DNA from: Geobacter metallireducens GS-15
Lineage (GTDB): Bacteria; Desulfobacterota; Desulfuromonadia; Geobacterales; Geobacteraceae
DNA length: 32,000 bases
Assembly: GCF_000012925.1 (NCBI RefSeq)
Contig: NC_007517.1
Coordinates: 990,001 to 1,022,000 of the forward strand
Reading direction: 5' to 3'
Shown: piece after piece, positions 7,089 through 15,110 of the stretch
Position numbering within the stretch: position 1 is the first letter of the stretch
Layout: each line of letters starts with the position of its first letter
Made by a program: the position numbers and the translations under genes
Notes under the pieces: generated by a model
The model's input: the letters and a program-made list of their open reading frames with translations, nothing else
Database searches by the model: none
Told to the model about the DNA's origin: nothing

Positions 7089-8564
7089 GTGGAAAATCTC
7101 ACCGTAACAGGTCTCGTGCGCCTCATCGGAGCCGGGGCCACCATGATCTACGTGGTGACCGACAACGAACGGCGGACCGAGCAGATCGCCACCCAGGCGG
7201 CGGCCCGGCTCAAGGGGGCCGGCTCTCCCTACGTCTGGACCTGCACCGAGGGCTTCAGCCGCGACGGCGCCGTGGTGGAGGGGATCGACGATCCGGTGGC
7301 GGCCGTCGGTTTCGCCTTGGCCCAGCCCGGACCGCTTCTCTTTCTCTTCAAGGACCTTCCCTGGTTTTGGGGAGACAACCCCTATCTCATCCGTGCCCTG
7401 AAGGATTTCGCCATGCGCGCCAAGGCGAAGGCAATCGTGGTCCTCGGCCAGCAGGAGGGGATTCCGGCGGCGCTTCGCGAGGAGTTTGTCATCCTCCAGC
7501 AGGGGCTTCCGGCCATGGAGGAGATCAAGGCCTTCTTCGAGCAGGCGAGGGCGCGGGACCCCCAGTTGGCCCAGGCGTGCCAGGAGCGGCCCGGCCTTCT
7601 GAACGATCTGGTGGTGGCGGCCCAGGGGCTCGACCTTCTGGATGTGGAGCGGGGAATGCGGGGAGCCCGTGCCGCCGGGGAGGCGGGGGGCGAGGGGCTG
7701 GTCCGCTCCATTTTCGAGACCAAGCGGGCCATCATCCGCACGGGCGGCATCATGGAGTTCGTGGCGAACGACGTCACCCCCGACCAGGTGGGGGGGATGG
7801 AGAACCTGAAACAGTGGATGGCCCGGCGGGAGCAGGCCTTCGGCCTGGAGGGTATCTCCTCGGGGGCGAACCTCCCCAAGGGGGTGCTCATGATGGGGAT
7901 CGCCGGGTGCGGCAAGTCGCTCTTTGTGAAGGCCATTGCGGCCACGTGGCGGCTGCCGCTCATCCGGCTCGACATGGCGGCGGTCTACGACGGGAGCTAC
8001 GGCACCCCCGAGTCGAGCCTCCGCAAGGCCTTCAGGACTGCCGAGGCGGTGGCCCCCTGTGTCCTCTGGATCGACGAGATCGAGGCAGGGATCTCCACCC
8101 AGGGGTTCAAGGCGGAAGGGGGGCCGGCGTCCCGCATCCTCGGCTCGTTCCTCACCTGGATGCAGGAGAAGCGGGCCCCGGTCTTCGTGGCCGCCACCGC
8201 CAACGCCATCGAGATGCTCCCGGCCGAGATCATCCGCAAGGGGCGCTTCGACGAGATCTTCTACATCGGGCTCCCGGAAACGAAGGGGCGGGAGGAGATC
8301 TTCCGCATTCACCTGACGCGCCGGAAGATTGGCCTGAGCGCCTTCGACGTGCCGCTCCTGGCCGGTTCCACCAAGGGGTTCTCCGGGGCCGAGATCGAGC
8401 AGGCGGTACAGGCGGCCGCCTTCGAGGCCCTTACCGGCAAGCGCCCCATGACCCAGCAGGACCTCATGGCCGCCATCAGCCGCACGGTTCCCCTCTCCGT
8501 CACCATGGCGGAGCAGATCAAGAAGATCGAGGCCTGGGCCTTCAAACGGGCGGTTCCGGCGTAA
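7089..8564 (+). CDS. AAA+ ATPase (single classic AAA module with an N-terminal domain of about 230 aa, function unknown)
   Basis: Walker A GIAGCGKS, Walker B VLWIDEIE, and a C-terminal helical lid (..[11 protein letters not shown]..). The start is uncertain: GTG 7089 follows a G-rich RBS-like run, and TTG 7065 and ATG 7143 are alternatives. The overlapping ORFs 7076..8716(+) and 7050..8741(-) are rejected. Confidence 0.8.
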   Translation: MENLTVTGLVRLIGAGATMIYVVTDNERRTEQIATQAAARLKGAGSPYVWTCTEGFSRDGAVVEGIDDPVAAVGFALAQPGPLLFLFKDLPWFWGDNPYLIRALKDFAMRAKAKAIVVLGQQEGIPAALREEFVILQQGLPAMEEIKAFFEQARARDPQLAQACQERPGLLNDLVVAAQGLDLLDVERGMRGARAAGEAGGEGLVRSIFETKRAIIRTGGIMEFVANDVTPDQVGGMENLKQWMARREQAFGLEGISSGANLPKGVLMMGIAGCGKSLFVKAIAATWRLPLIRLDMAAVYDGSYGTPESSLRKAFRTAEAVAPCVLWIDEIEAGISTQGFKAEGGPASRILGSFLTWMQEKRAPVFVAATANAIEMLPAEIIRKGRFDEIFYIGLPETKGREEIFRIHLTRRKIGLSAFDVPLLAGSTKGFSGAEIEQAVQAAAFEALTGKRPMTQQDLMAAISRTVPLSVTMAEQIKKIEAWAFKRAVPA

Positions 8565-8565
8565 A

Positions 8566-8672
8566 GACAGGGACCAGGGACCAGGAACCGGGGACCGGCA
8601 AAACCCTATCTTTCCGGTCTTTACATTTTCGCCTTTCCTGGTCCCTGGTCCCCGATCCCCGGTCCCGGCTTT
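8566..8672. repeat. Long imperfect palindrome built from GGGACC / GGTCCC units
   Basis: A perfect 17-bp stem joins GGGACCAGGGACCAGGA (8570-8586) and TCCTGGTCCCTGGTCCC (8636-8652). There is an inner GACCGG/CCGGTC pair and further GGGGACCGG / CCGGTCCCGG units. It ends in CTTTTCC. Confidence 0.7.
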
Positions 8673-8685
8673 TCCGAGGTTTTGA

Positions 8686-9846
8686 ATGTTTAGAGGCATC
8701 TCCGGCAATGTCCTGATTTTCGGGCTGGTAAGCTTCCTCACCGATGTGTCGAGCGAGATGATCTATCCGCTCCTCCCCCTCTTCCTCACGACGGTCCTCG
8801 GGGCGGGGCCGGCGTTCCTCGGGCTCATCGAGGGGGTGGCCGAGTCGACGGCAGCGTTCCTGAAGCTGGTGTCAGGGATCCTTTCCGACCGCGTCCGGAG
8901 CCGCAAGGGGCTGGTGCTCGGCGGGTACGCCCTGTCGAGCCTTGCCCGTCCCCTGGTGGCGGCCGCCACGGCTCCATCGGCGATCCTCGCCATCCGTTTC
9001 GCCGACCGGGTGGGGAAGGGGATACGCACCTCGCCCCGCGACGCGCTCATTGCCGATTCCACCGATCCCGCCTTCCGGGGCAAGGCCTTCGGTTTCCACC
9101 GGGCCATGGACCACGCCGGAGCCCTCGTCGGTCCCCTCATCGCCACGCTTCTCCTTGCCTGGTTCGTGAAGGATCTGCGGACCGTTTTCTGGCTCGCGGC
9201 CATCCCGGGGTTCCTGGCCGTTGTCCTCATCATCTGGAAGGTGCGGGAGACGGCGCGGGTCCGCACCGGCGACGGCACCTTTCTTCGCATCGTCCCCCAT
9301 GGCGATCTCCGGCGATTCCTCCTGATTCTTTTTCTCTTTACCCTGGGGAACTCATCCGACGCCTTCCTCCTCCTGAGGGCCGGCGAACTGGGTGTCACCC
9401 CAGCCCGCATTCCCCTCCTCTGGGCCTTCTTCCATCTCGTCAAAATGGCCGGGTCCACTCCCTTCGGCGCCCTGTCGGACCGGATCGGACGCCGCGGCGT
9501 GATCGTCGTGGGGTGGGGGGTCTATGCCCTTTCCTACGGAGGATTCGCCCTGGCCGAAACCGAGGTGGCCTGCTGGCTTCTCTTCGCCTTCTACGGGCTC
9601 TTTTACGCCATGACCGAAGGTGCCGAGAAGGCGCTCCTGGCCGACCTCGCCCCATCCCGGGAGCGGGGGAGCGCCTTTGGCTGGTACAATTTCGCCGTGG
9701 GGGCGGGGGCGCTTCCGGCAAGCCTTCTGTTCGGCGCCGTCTGGGAGAAGGCGGGAAGAGTGGCTGCCTTCGGCTTCGGGGCGGCGTTGGCGGCCCTTGC
9801 GGCCGTGCTGCTCCTCTCCCTCGTGAGGGCCCCGGCGCGGGAATGA
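8686..9846 (+). CDS. MFS-family transporter
   Basis: 386 aa and highly hydrophobic, with about 12 predicted helices. It has the MFS-type loop motif (..SDRVRSRKG.. and ..LSDRIGRRG..). Confidence 0.75.
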   Translation: MFRGISGNVLIFGLVSFLTDVSSEMIYPLLPLFLTTVLGAGPAFLGLIEGVAESTAAFLKLVSGILSDRVRSRKGLVLGGYALSSLARPLVAAATAPSAILAIRFADRVGKGIRTSPRDALIADSTDPAFRGKAFGFHRAMDHAGALVGPLIATLLLAWFVKDLRTVFWLAAIPGFLAVVLIIWKVRETARVRTGDGTFLRIVPHGDLRRFLLILFLFTLGNSSDAFLLLRAGELGVTPARIPLLWAFFHLVKMAGSTPFGALSDRIGRRGVIVVGWGVYALSYGGFALAETEVACWLLFAFYGLFYAMTEGAEKALLADLAPSRERGSAFGWYNFAVGAGALPASLLFGAVWEKAGRVAAFGFGAALAALAAVLLLSLVRAPARE

Positions 9847-9938
9847 ATAAGGGGGTGGCTTGACAACGCAAAGCTTGCCTTTATCATTCTTCATGACGTT
9901 TGCTTCAGGTAAGTTCAGGGAAACGGAAGGGATTTTCA

Positions 9939-10391
9939 ATGAAAAGATCATGGGGAATATGGGCGCTGACGGCAGCACTGACCATCATGGCCCCATCGGC
10001 GGTTCCGGTTTCTCCGGCATATGCCGCCGACGACCAGTGGGTGCTCCTCGACGAGGATCCCTCCACCTCCCGCTACTATTATGACACGACCTCCATCGTC
10101 CAGGATGATGAAGATAGTGTCACCGTCCGGACCAAGGCGGTCTACACCGCAGAGGGGAAGGCCGACGCCCTTGACACCATCGGTCATCCCAAGGGGTTCG
10201 AGGACCTGGCCGACACGAATTTTTACTACACCATCAACTGCTCCGACGACATGAGCCGGCTGGAAAAGGTTGTCCACCGGGACAGCACGGGGAGGACCAT
10301 CAAGGAGTACCTCCTCGCCGGCAAGACTCCCTGGGAGCAGATCGAAGCGGATACGCGGATGAGCCTTCTACGGGATGCCGTCTGCGACTGA
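9939..10391 (+). CDS. Small secreted protein of unknown function
   Basis: The preferred start is ATG 9939 (MKRSWGIWALTAALTIMAPSAVPVSPAYA|ADD), a Sec signal peptide ending in AYA-A. Faint resemblance to the adhesin-E-like pattern (YYYD..SI ... INC). No function can be assigned. Confidence 0.55.
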   Translation: MKRSWGIWALTAALTIMAPSAVPVSPAYAADDQWVLLDEDPSTSRYYYDTTSIVQDDEDSVTVRTKAVYTAEGKADALDTIGHPKGFEDLADTNFYYTINCSDDMSRLEKVVHRDSTGRTIKEYLLAGKTPWEQIEADTRMSLLRDAVCD

Positions 10392-10654
10392 GGTTTACGG
10401 TTGCTATTCCATGCTCGCGTCGTTTGAAGCGACGGATATGTGTGGGAGACAGGTTAGGTATTCAATTGCTGTTTCTATGACGTATTCATGTTCCTTCCTG
10501 GCTGTATTTGACCTTCCTTAAGATTTTTCTCCCTCTGCTGCAATTACCGTTCTGTTGTCAAACCGCTGTCCTTGACCTGTCGAGGGGTTCCGGGCGCCGG
10601 CGCGCGTCTTATTGTTTTGCCCATCAAGGTACCGGCTACAATCGGAGAGCGGAC

Positions 10655-10737
10655 CCCGGAACAGAGGAGGTGAGAGAGATGACCCGGGGGGCGCACAAGG
10701 TGATGTTGCTGATTTTGTGAGAAAGGAGGTCCACTGA
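10655..10737 (+). promoter_or_regulatory. Conserved 5' leader of Pcc module 1
   Basis: Shares a conserved block with 15473-15554: CCGGA..AGGAGGTGAGAG..CCGGG..CGCA.A..GTGATGTTGC.GATTTTG.GAGAAAGGAGGTCCACTGA. Over the last 54 nt, 52 positions are identical. Confidence 0.6.
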
Positions 10738-11955
10738 ATGGGAATCAAATGGTTTACCCACATTCTCCTGCTTGCGGGTGTCGTCAGTGCTTCAACCGGT
10801 TTTGCGGCCCAGATCAACGGCAGGAGCTCAACGCAACTGATCTGGTTCAATGATTACTACTCCGGGCGCCAGGTGGAGCTGGTGGAGTATCTGCGGCTTT
10901 CCGTGACGAAGATCGACGAGGCCGGCAAGTTCTCCCTCTACGGTTACGGCCGCGGTTCGCAGGATCTGAACAACGGCGACGGACTGAACGGCAGACTCTA
11001 CTATCTCTATGCCGACTACCGGGGGCTGTTCGACAAGGTCGACTTCAGGCTCGGCCGGCAGTTTGTGAACAATTCCGCCGGGACCGCCCTTGTCGACGGC
11101 GGTCAGATCGACCTGAGAAACATCGGCCCCATCGGGTTCAACGTCTTCGGCGGCCGCGACGTCGTTTTCGGGATCAACGGCGAGGCGGGGCACAGCGGAA
11201 ACTACGCCATGGGGCTGTCGGCGTACCTTTCCGGATTCAGGAATACCGACCTGGACGTGAGCTGGTTCCGCAAGTGGGATGACGGTGACGTCTCCCGCGA
11301 TATCCTCGGCGCCTCGTTCAAGCAATACCTTTTCAACCGCCTGAAGCTCTATGGCAACGCCCGGTACGACGTGACGGCAGAGGTCTTCAACGAAGTGCTG
11401 GGAGGGGTCAAGTATTTCCCGATGGCCAACCTCATCTTTACCGGCGAGTGGTATCAGAGCTACCCCACCTTCGACACCACCTCGATTTACTCGGTCTTCG
11501 CCGTTAACCGCTACCAGGAGGGGGTCTTCCGGGTCGACTACACGATCAACGACATGATCGCCGTCAACGCCGGGTACAGCCGTCAGGACTATGGCGATGA
11601 CGGCATTGCCAACGTGTACGAACTGGGGTGCAGGCTCCATCCGATCAGCTCCGTGGAGATCGGGCTCGCCTACGATAAGCGCAATGGCTACGGCGGCAAG
11701 CTCGATGGCGGCCAGCTCGATGTGGCCTGGGACGTCACGAAGGGGCTCCAGCTCAGCGGCGGACTCACCTACGACGTCTACCAACGCGACTTCTATCTTG
11801 ACGGGAGCAGTCGCGAAACGGCCCAGAAATACTGGCTGGGGGGCAAGTACAAGCTTGCCAGGAATCTGCAGGCGTCTCTGCGTGTGGAAGACGCCATCAC
11901 CGCGCGGGACGAAAGCGATATCAACGGCCGCTTCGTTCTGGACTACGATTTCTAG
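10738..11955 (+). CDS. Outer-membrane porin-like beta-barrel of a porin-cytochrome complex (OmbB/OmbC-like)
   Basis: Has a signal peptide (..SASTGFA|AQ), an alternating beta-strand pattern rich in aromatic residues and Gly, and a C-terminal ..FVLDYDF ending in Phe. It is followed by two multiheme cytochrome genes. About 65% identical to the paralog at 15555..16766. Confidence 0.8.
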   Translation: MGIKWFTHILLLAGVVSASTGFAAQINGRSSTQLIWFNDYYSGRQVELVEYLRLSVTKIDEAGKFSLYGYGRGSQDLNNGDGLNGRLYYLYADYRGLFDKVDFRLGRQFVNNSAGTALVDGGQIDLRNIGPIGFNVFGGRDVVFGINGEAGHSGNYAMGLSAYLSGFRNTDLDVSWFRKWDDGDVSRDILGASFKQYLFNRLKLYGNARYDVTAEVFNEVLGGVKYFPMANLIFTGEWYQSYPTFDTTSIYSVFAVNRYQEGVFRVDYTINDMIAVNAGYSRQDYGDDGIANVYELGCRLHPISSVEIGLAYDKRNGYGGKLDGGQLDVAWDVTKGLQLSGGLTYDVYQRDFYLDGSSRETAQKYWLGGKYKLARNLQASLRVEDAITARDESDINGRFVLDYDF

Positions 11956-11970
11956 AAAGGGGGGATACCT

Positions 11971-12750
11971 GTGAGAAAATGGCTGATGTTCACTATGCTG
12001 CTGGCCATGGCGGCACTTTACTCACGGCAGGCGACAGCCGAACGCAAGGAAAACCACAAGGATTACGCCTCGTCGTCCATTGCAGAGTGCAGCAGTTGCC
12101 ACAAGGGCGAAGGGGTAGCCCCCAACCACGATTCCGACTGGGTGCGGGGACACCGCCTCGTGGCGCAGAAGCCGGGGAGGAATTGCAACGACTGTCACGA
12201 TCAGGCGTTCTGCCTCGATTGCCACACCGGCGGCGGTATCGACACCTCACCGTCCAACCAGACCTTCCGGCGCGACTACAAGCCGAAGAGCCACCGCAGT
12301 GATTTCCTCGAGATCCACCCCATCAAGGCAATGGATAATCCCCAGAGCTGCACCCGCTGCCACTCCGAGCAGAAATTCTGTATCGAGTGCCACGAGCGGT
12401 TCCGGGCGAACGATCTTCAGTTCCAGTCCCATCGCCGCCAATTCAGCGACATTCAGCTCTCGAACGTCGGGCCCAAGCACGAAGGCTTCTCGGCGACCCA
12501 GTGCCAGAGCTGCCATCCGGGCGGCATGCTCCCGACCCACAAATGGTCGGCCGACCATGCCGTGGAGGCACGCCGGAACCTTCAGGCCTGCCAGACATGC
12601 CACAGCGAAGGGGATGTCTGCATGAGGTGCCACAGTGCCCGTACCGGTCTCAAGGTGAGCCCCCATCCGCGCAATTGGGATTCGGTCAAGGGGAACTACC
12701 GGGACAAGAGCAACGGCAGAAGCTGCGTCAAGTGCCATGACCATTTTTAG
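11971..12750 (+). CDS. Periplasmic multiheme c-type cytochrome (OmaB/OmaC-like), 9 CXXCH motifs
   Basis: GTG start after AAAGGGGGGA. Signal peptide present. The CXXCH motifs counted in the translation are CSSCH, CNDCH, CLDCH, CTRCH, CIECH, CQSCH, CQTCH, CMRCH and CVKCH. Confidence 0.85.
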   Translation: MRKWLMFTMLLAMAALYSRQATAERKENHKDYASSSIAECSSCHKGEGVAPNHDSDWVRGHRLVAQKPGRNCNDCHDQAFCLDCHTGGGIDTSPSNQTFRRDYKPKSHRSDFLEIHPIKAMDNPQSCTRCHSEQKFCIECHERFRANDLQFQSHRRQFSDIQLSNVGPKHEGFSATQCQSCHPGGMLPTHKWSADHAVEARRNLQACQTCHSEGDVCMRCHSARTGLKVSPHPRNWDSVKGNYRDKSNGRSCVKCHDHF

Positions 12751-12774
12751 CCCCCAGTGAAAGGAGAGTAGCGT

Positions 12775-14970
12775 ATGTACGGTAACTCAGTACGGAGACT
12801 GCTGCTGGGCGTCTGCCTCCTTACCGTGGCCGCCATGCTGTACGGCTGCGGCAGCAGCAAGAAAGAAGGCGCCGGAGCGGGTACCGCCCAGGCAACGCCC
12901 ACCGGAAACATCCAGTCAAGTGTCCAGAGCGTGAACACCAGCGGCCCACTGCCGGTGGTCACCTTTACCCTTTTTGACGAAAACGGGAATCCGCTCGATC
13001 CGACCTCGCTGCCCGCCAACAGCGTCCGCTTCACCATGGCGCAGCTCGGTGCTGACGGCTACTACAAAAACTACATTCCCACCACCACGGCGACGCAGCC
13101 GGGGTACGACTCCGGCGGGACTTTCGCCACCGTGAGCCCGGGAATCTATACCTACACCTTCAAGACCGACATCAAGGACCCCACCAAGACCCTGGGGAAC
13201 CTGGCGTTCGATCCGACGCTGACCCACACCGTTGCTGCCCAGATTACCCGGACCGTGACCTCCGTCAGCGGCACGTCGTTCCAGCAGGCGAGCAACCCGT
13301 ACCTGAACTTCAGGCCCGACGGCGGTGCCGTGACTGCCACCCGGGAAGTCGTCTCCATCTCGGCCTGCAACGAGTGCCACGGCAGCCTCGGCCTCCACGG
13401 CGGCGGGCGGCGCGATATCGCCCTCTGCATCGTCTGCCACTATCCGGGGGTAATCGATCCGCAGACCGGCAACTCCGTCGACATGAAGGTGCTGATCCAC
13501 AAGATCCACATGGGAGAAAAACTCCCGAGCGTGGCTCAAGGTGTGGGCTATGCAATCATCGGCTTCGGCAACTCCTTCAACAGCTACTCCACGGTCGGCT
13601 ATCCGTTCATCTCAGGGGACTCCCGGATCACCGGCACGCCGATCGAATGCACCAAGTGCCACAAGCAGGGTACTGACTTGGTTGGTCGTACCTTCGGCAA
13701 GGACGTGGACAAGTGGAAGGGTGCCCCGAAGATCGCCAACTGCACCACCTGCCACGACACCACCACCTTTGACGGAAGTGCCACGCTCACGGTGAACAAT
13801 CCCCGTTCGGGCGACACCGCCCCCAACCCCGTCACCATCACATCAGCACCGCACTCCGGTGGTAATGCCACCGATGCAGTCTGTGCCGGCTGTCACATCG
13901 ATTCCACGCCGACCGATCAGTACACGCTCTCGGTTGTCGGGGCTCACACTATCCTGGAGAAGGCCCCATCCTACTATACCGGCATCAACTTCCAGATCAT
14001 CAACGTTGCCAACGCCACTGCCGGAAACGCGCCGACGGTTACCTTCAAGATCACCAAGGATGACGGTACCGCCATCTCTCCAGCAGCTCCGTCGAGCTTC
14101 AGCCTCAAGTTCGGCTACTTCACCCAGCTCGACTATCTGAACAACGGCCTTGCCAACTACGGACAACCCCTCAGCCAGGCCACGACAGCGGCAACGGCCA
14201 ACGGCGACGGCAGCTACACCATCTCCTTTGCCACCCCGATTCCGGTGGCCCTCACCGCGGGGGTGGGGGTGATCGGCCTTGAAGGGCGTATCCCCTACAC
14301 GACTCCAAAGGGGACCTATAACGTCGGCGGCACTGCGGTCCAATGGTATTTCAACCTTGCCAACGGTGCCCGGATAACTGATCAGTCCCTCCATCGCCGG
14401 AAAGTGGTCTCGGTTGAGAAGTGCAACGCCTGTCACAGCCGCCTATCGCTCCACGGTGCCAACCGGGTGAACAGCATCGAAGAGTGCGTCATCTGCCACA
14501 ACCCGAACGCCACCGACAAAGGGAGACGGGTCGGCGGACCGTTCCTTGACGGACTTGCCGAGCGGACTATCAACCTCAAGGATATGATTCACTCGATCCA
14601 TACCGGCGAAGAGCTCAGTGTCAAGCCGTACGTCGTCTACGGTTTCGGCAATACGCCCAACATCTTCTCCCACGTCCGCTATCCGAACGACCGGCGGATC
14701 TGCACCGCTTGCCACCTCGACGGGACCTTCGGTCTGCCGCTGCCGACCAACGCCCTCGGCACCACCACCGCCACCGGCGCGAACCCCCTGGACAACAGCG
14801 ATGACACCAAGATTCAGCCGATTACCGCGGCATGTACGTCGTGCCATGACGGCGCCGGCACCGCAACCCATATTGCGGACAAGGTTGTCGGCGGTGCCGA
14901 AACCTGCGTCCAGTGCCACCGTACCGGACTGCTTGTGGGGCCGGACTTCGCCCACACTCCTGTGCGGTAG
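12775..14970 (+). CDS. Outer-surface decaheme lipoprotein cytochrome with MtrC/OmcA-like 5+5 heme architecture
   Basis: Lipobox LYG|C. About 195 heme-free N-terminal residues are followed by 5 CXXCH, then about 170 heme-free residues, then 5 more CXXCH. Both pentaheme halves open with C-N-x-C-H-x-x-L-x-L-H-G. Confidence 0.8.
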   Translation: MYGNSVRRLLLGVCLLTVAAMLYGCGSSKKEGAGAGTAQATPTGNIQSSVQSVNTSGPLPVVTFTLFDENGNPLDPTSLPANSVRFTMAQLGADGYYKNYIPTTTATQPGYDSGGTFATVSPGIYTYTFKTDIKDPTKTLGNLAFDPTLTHTVAAQITRTVTSVSGTSFQQASNPYLNFRPDGGAVTATREVVSISACNECHGSLGLHGGGRRDIALCIVCHYPGVIDPQTGNSVDMKVLIHKIHMGEKLPSVAQGVGYAIIGFGNSFNSYSTVGYPFISGDSRITGTPIECTKCHKQGTDLVGRTFGKDVDKWKGAPKIANCTTCHDTTTFDGSATLTVNNPRSGDTAPNPVTITSAPHSGGNATDAVCAGCHIDSTPTDQYTLSVVGAHTILEKAPSYYTGINFQIINVANATAGNAPTVTFKITKDDGTAISPAAPSSFSLKFGYFTQLDYLNNGLANYGQPLSQATTAATANGDGSYTISFATPIPVALTAGVGVIGLEGRIPYTTPKGTYNVGGTAVQWYFNLANGARITDQSLHRRKVVSVEKCNACHSRLSLHGANRVNSIEECVICHNPNATDKGRRVGGPFLDGLAERTINLKDMIHSIHTGEELSVKPYVVYGFGNTPNIFSHVRYPNDRRICTACHLDGTFGLPLPTNALGTTTATGANPLDNSDDTKIQPITAACTSCHDGAGTATHIADKVVGGAETCVQCHRTGLLVGPDFAHTPVR

Positions 14971-14994
14971 CGTCCACGCCTACCTGAAGTAGCG

Positions 14995-15027
14995 AAAAAA
15001 GCCCCGGAGCAATCCGGGGCTTTTTTC
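14995..15027 (+). terminator. Rho-independent terminator ending Pcc module 1
   Basis: GCCCCGGA (15001-15008), loop gcaa, TCCGGGGC (15013-15020), then TTTTTT. Preceded by an A-tract. Confidence 0.8.
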
Positions 15028-15083
15028 GCCCGCCAAAGCCTCATATCTCCCCTCGCAGGCTTGTCAGGGTTGAAGAGCAATTT

Positions 15084-15110
15084 TTGTCAGGCACTGTCAA
15101 AAAATATAAT
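15084..15110 (+). promoter_or_regulatory. Candidate sigma70 promoter inside the AT-rich island upstream of Pcc module 2
   Basis: TTGTCA (15084-15089), a 15-nt spacer, then TATAAT (15105-15110). It would give a 5' UTR of about 440 nt. The spacer is short, so this is tentative. Confidence 0.3.

Noticed and set aside
8566-8672. CRISPR-like or tandem-repeat array of GGGACC units
   Set aside because: The units are 6-7 nt with no spacers, and they are arranged as two complementary arms. This is a palindrome or hairpin, not a CRISPR array.
7050-8741. ORFs 7050..8741(-) and 7076..8716(+), which overlap the AAA+ gene
   Set aside because: Only the 6978/7089 frame carries Walker A/B and AAA lid motifs. 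The other two frames are Gly/Arg/Pro-rich composition artefacts.
10679-10720. 13-codon leader peptide MTRGAHKVMLLIL with a good SD (AGGAGG 10665-10670) in the module-1 leader
   Set aside because: The homologous module-2 leader has no start codon at the equivalent spacing, and the corresponding frame has no stop before it runs out of frame into the porin gene. The conservation is therefore at the nucleotide level, not the peptide level.
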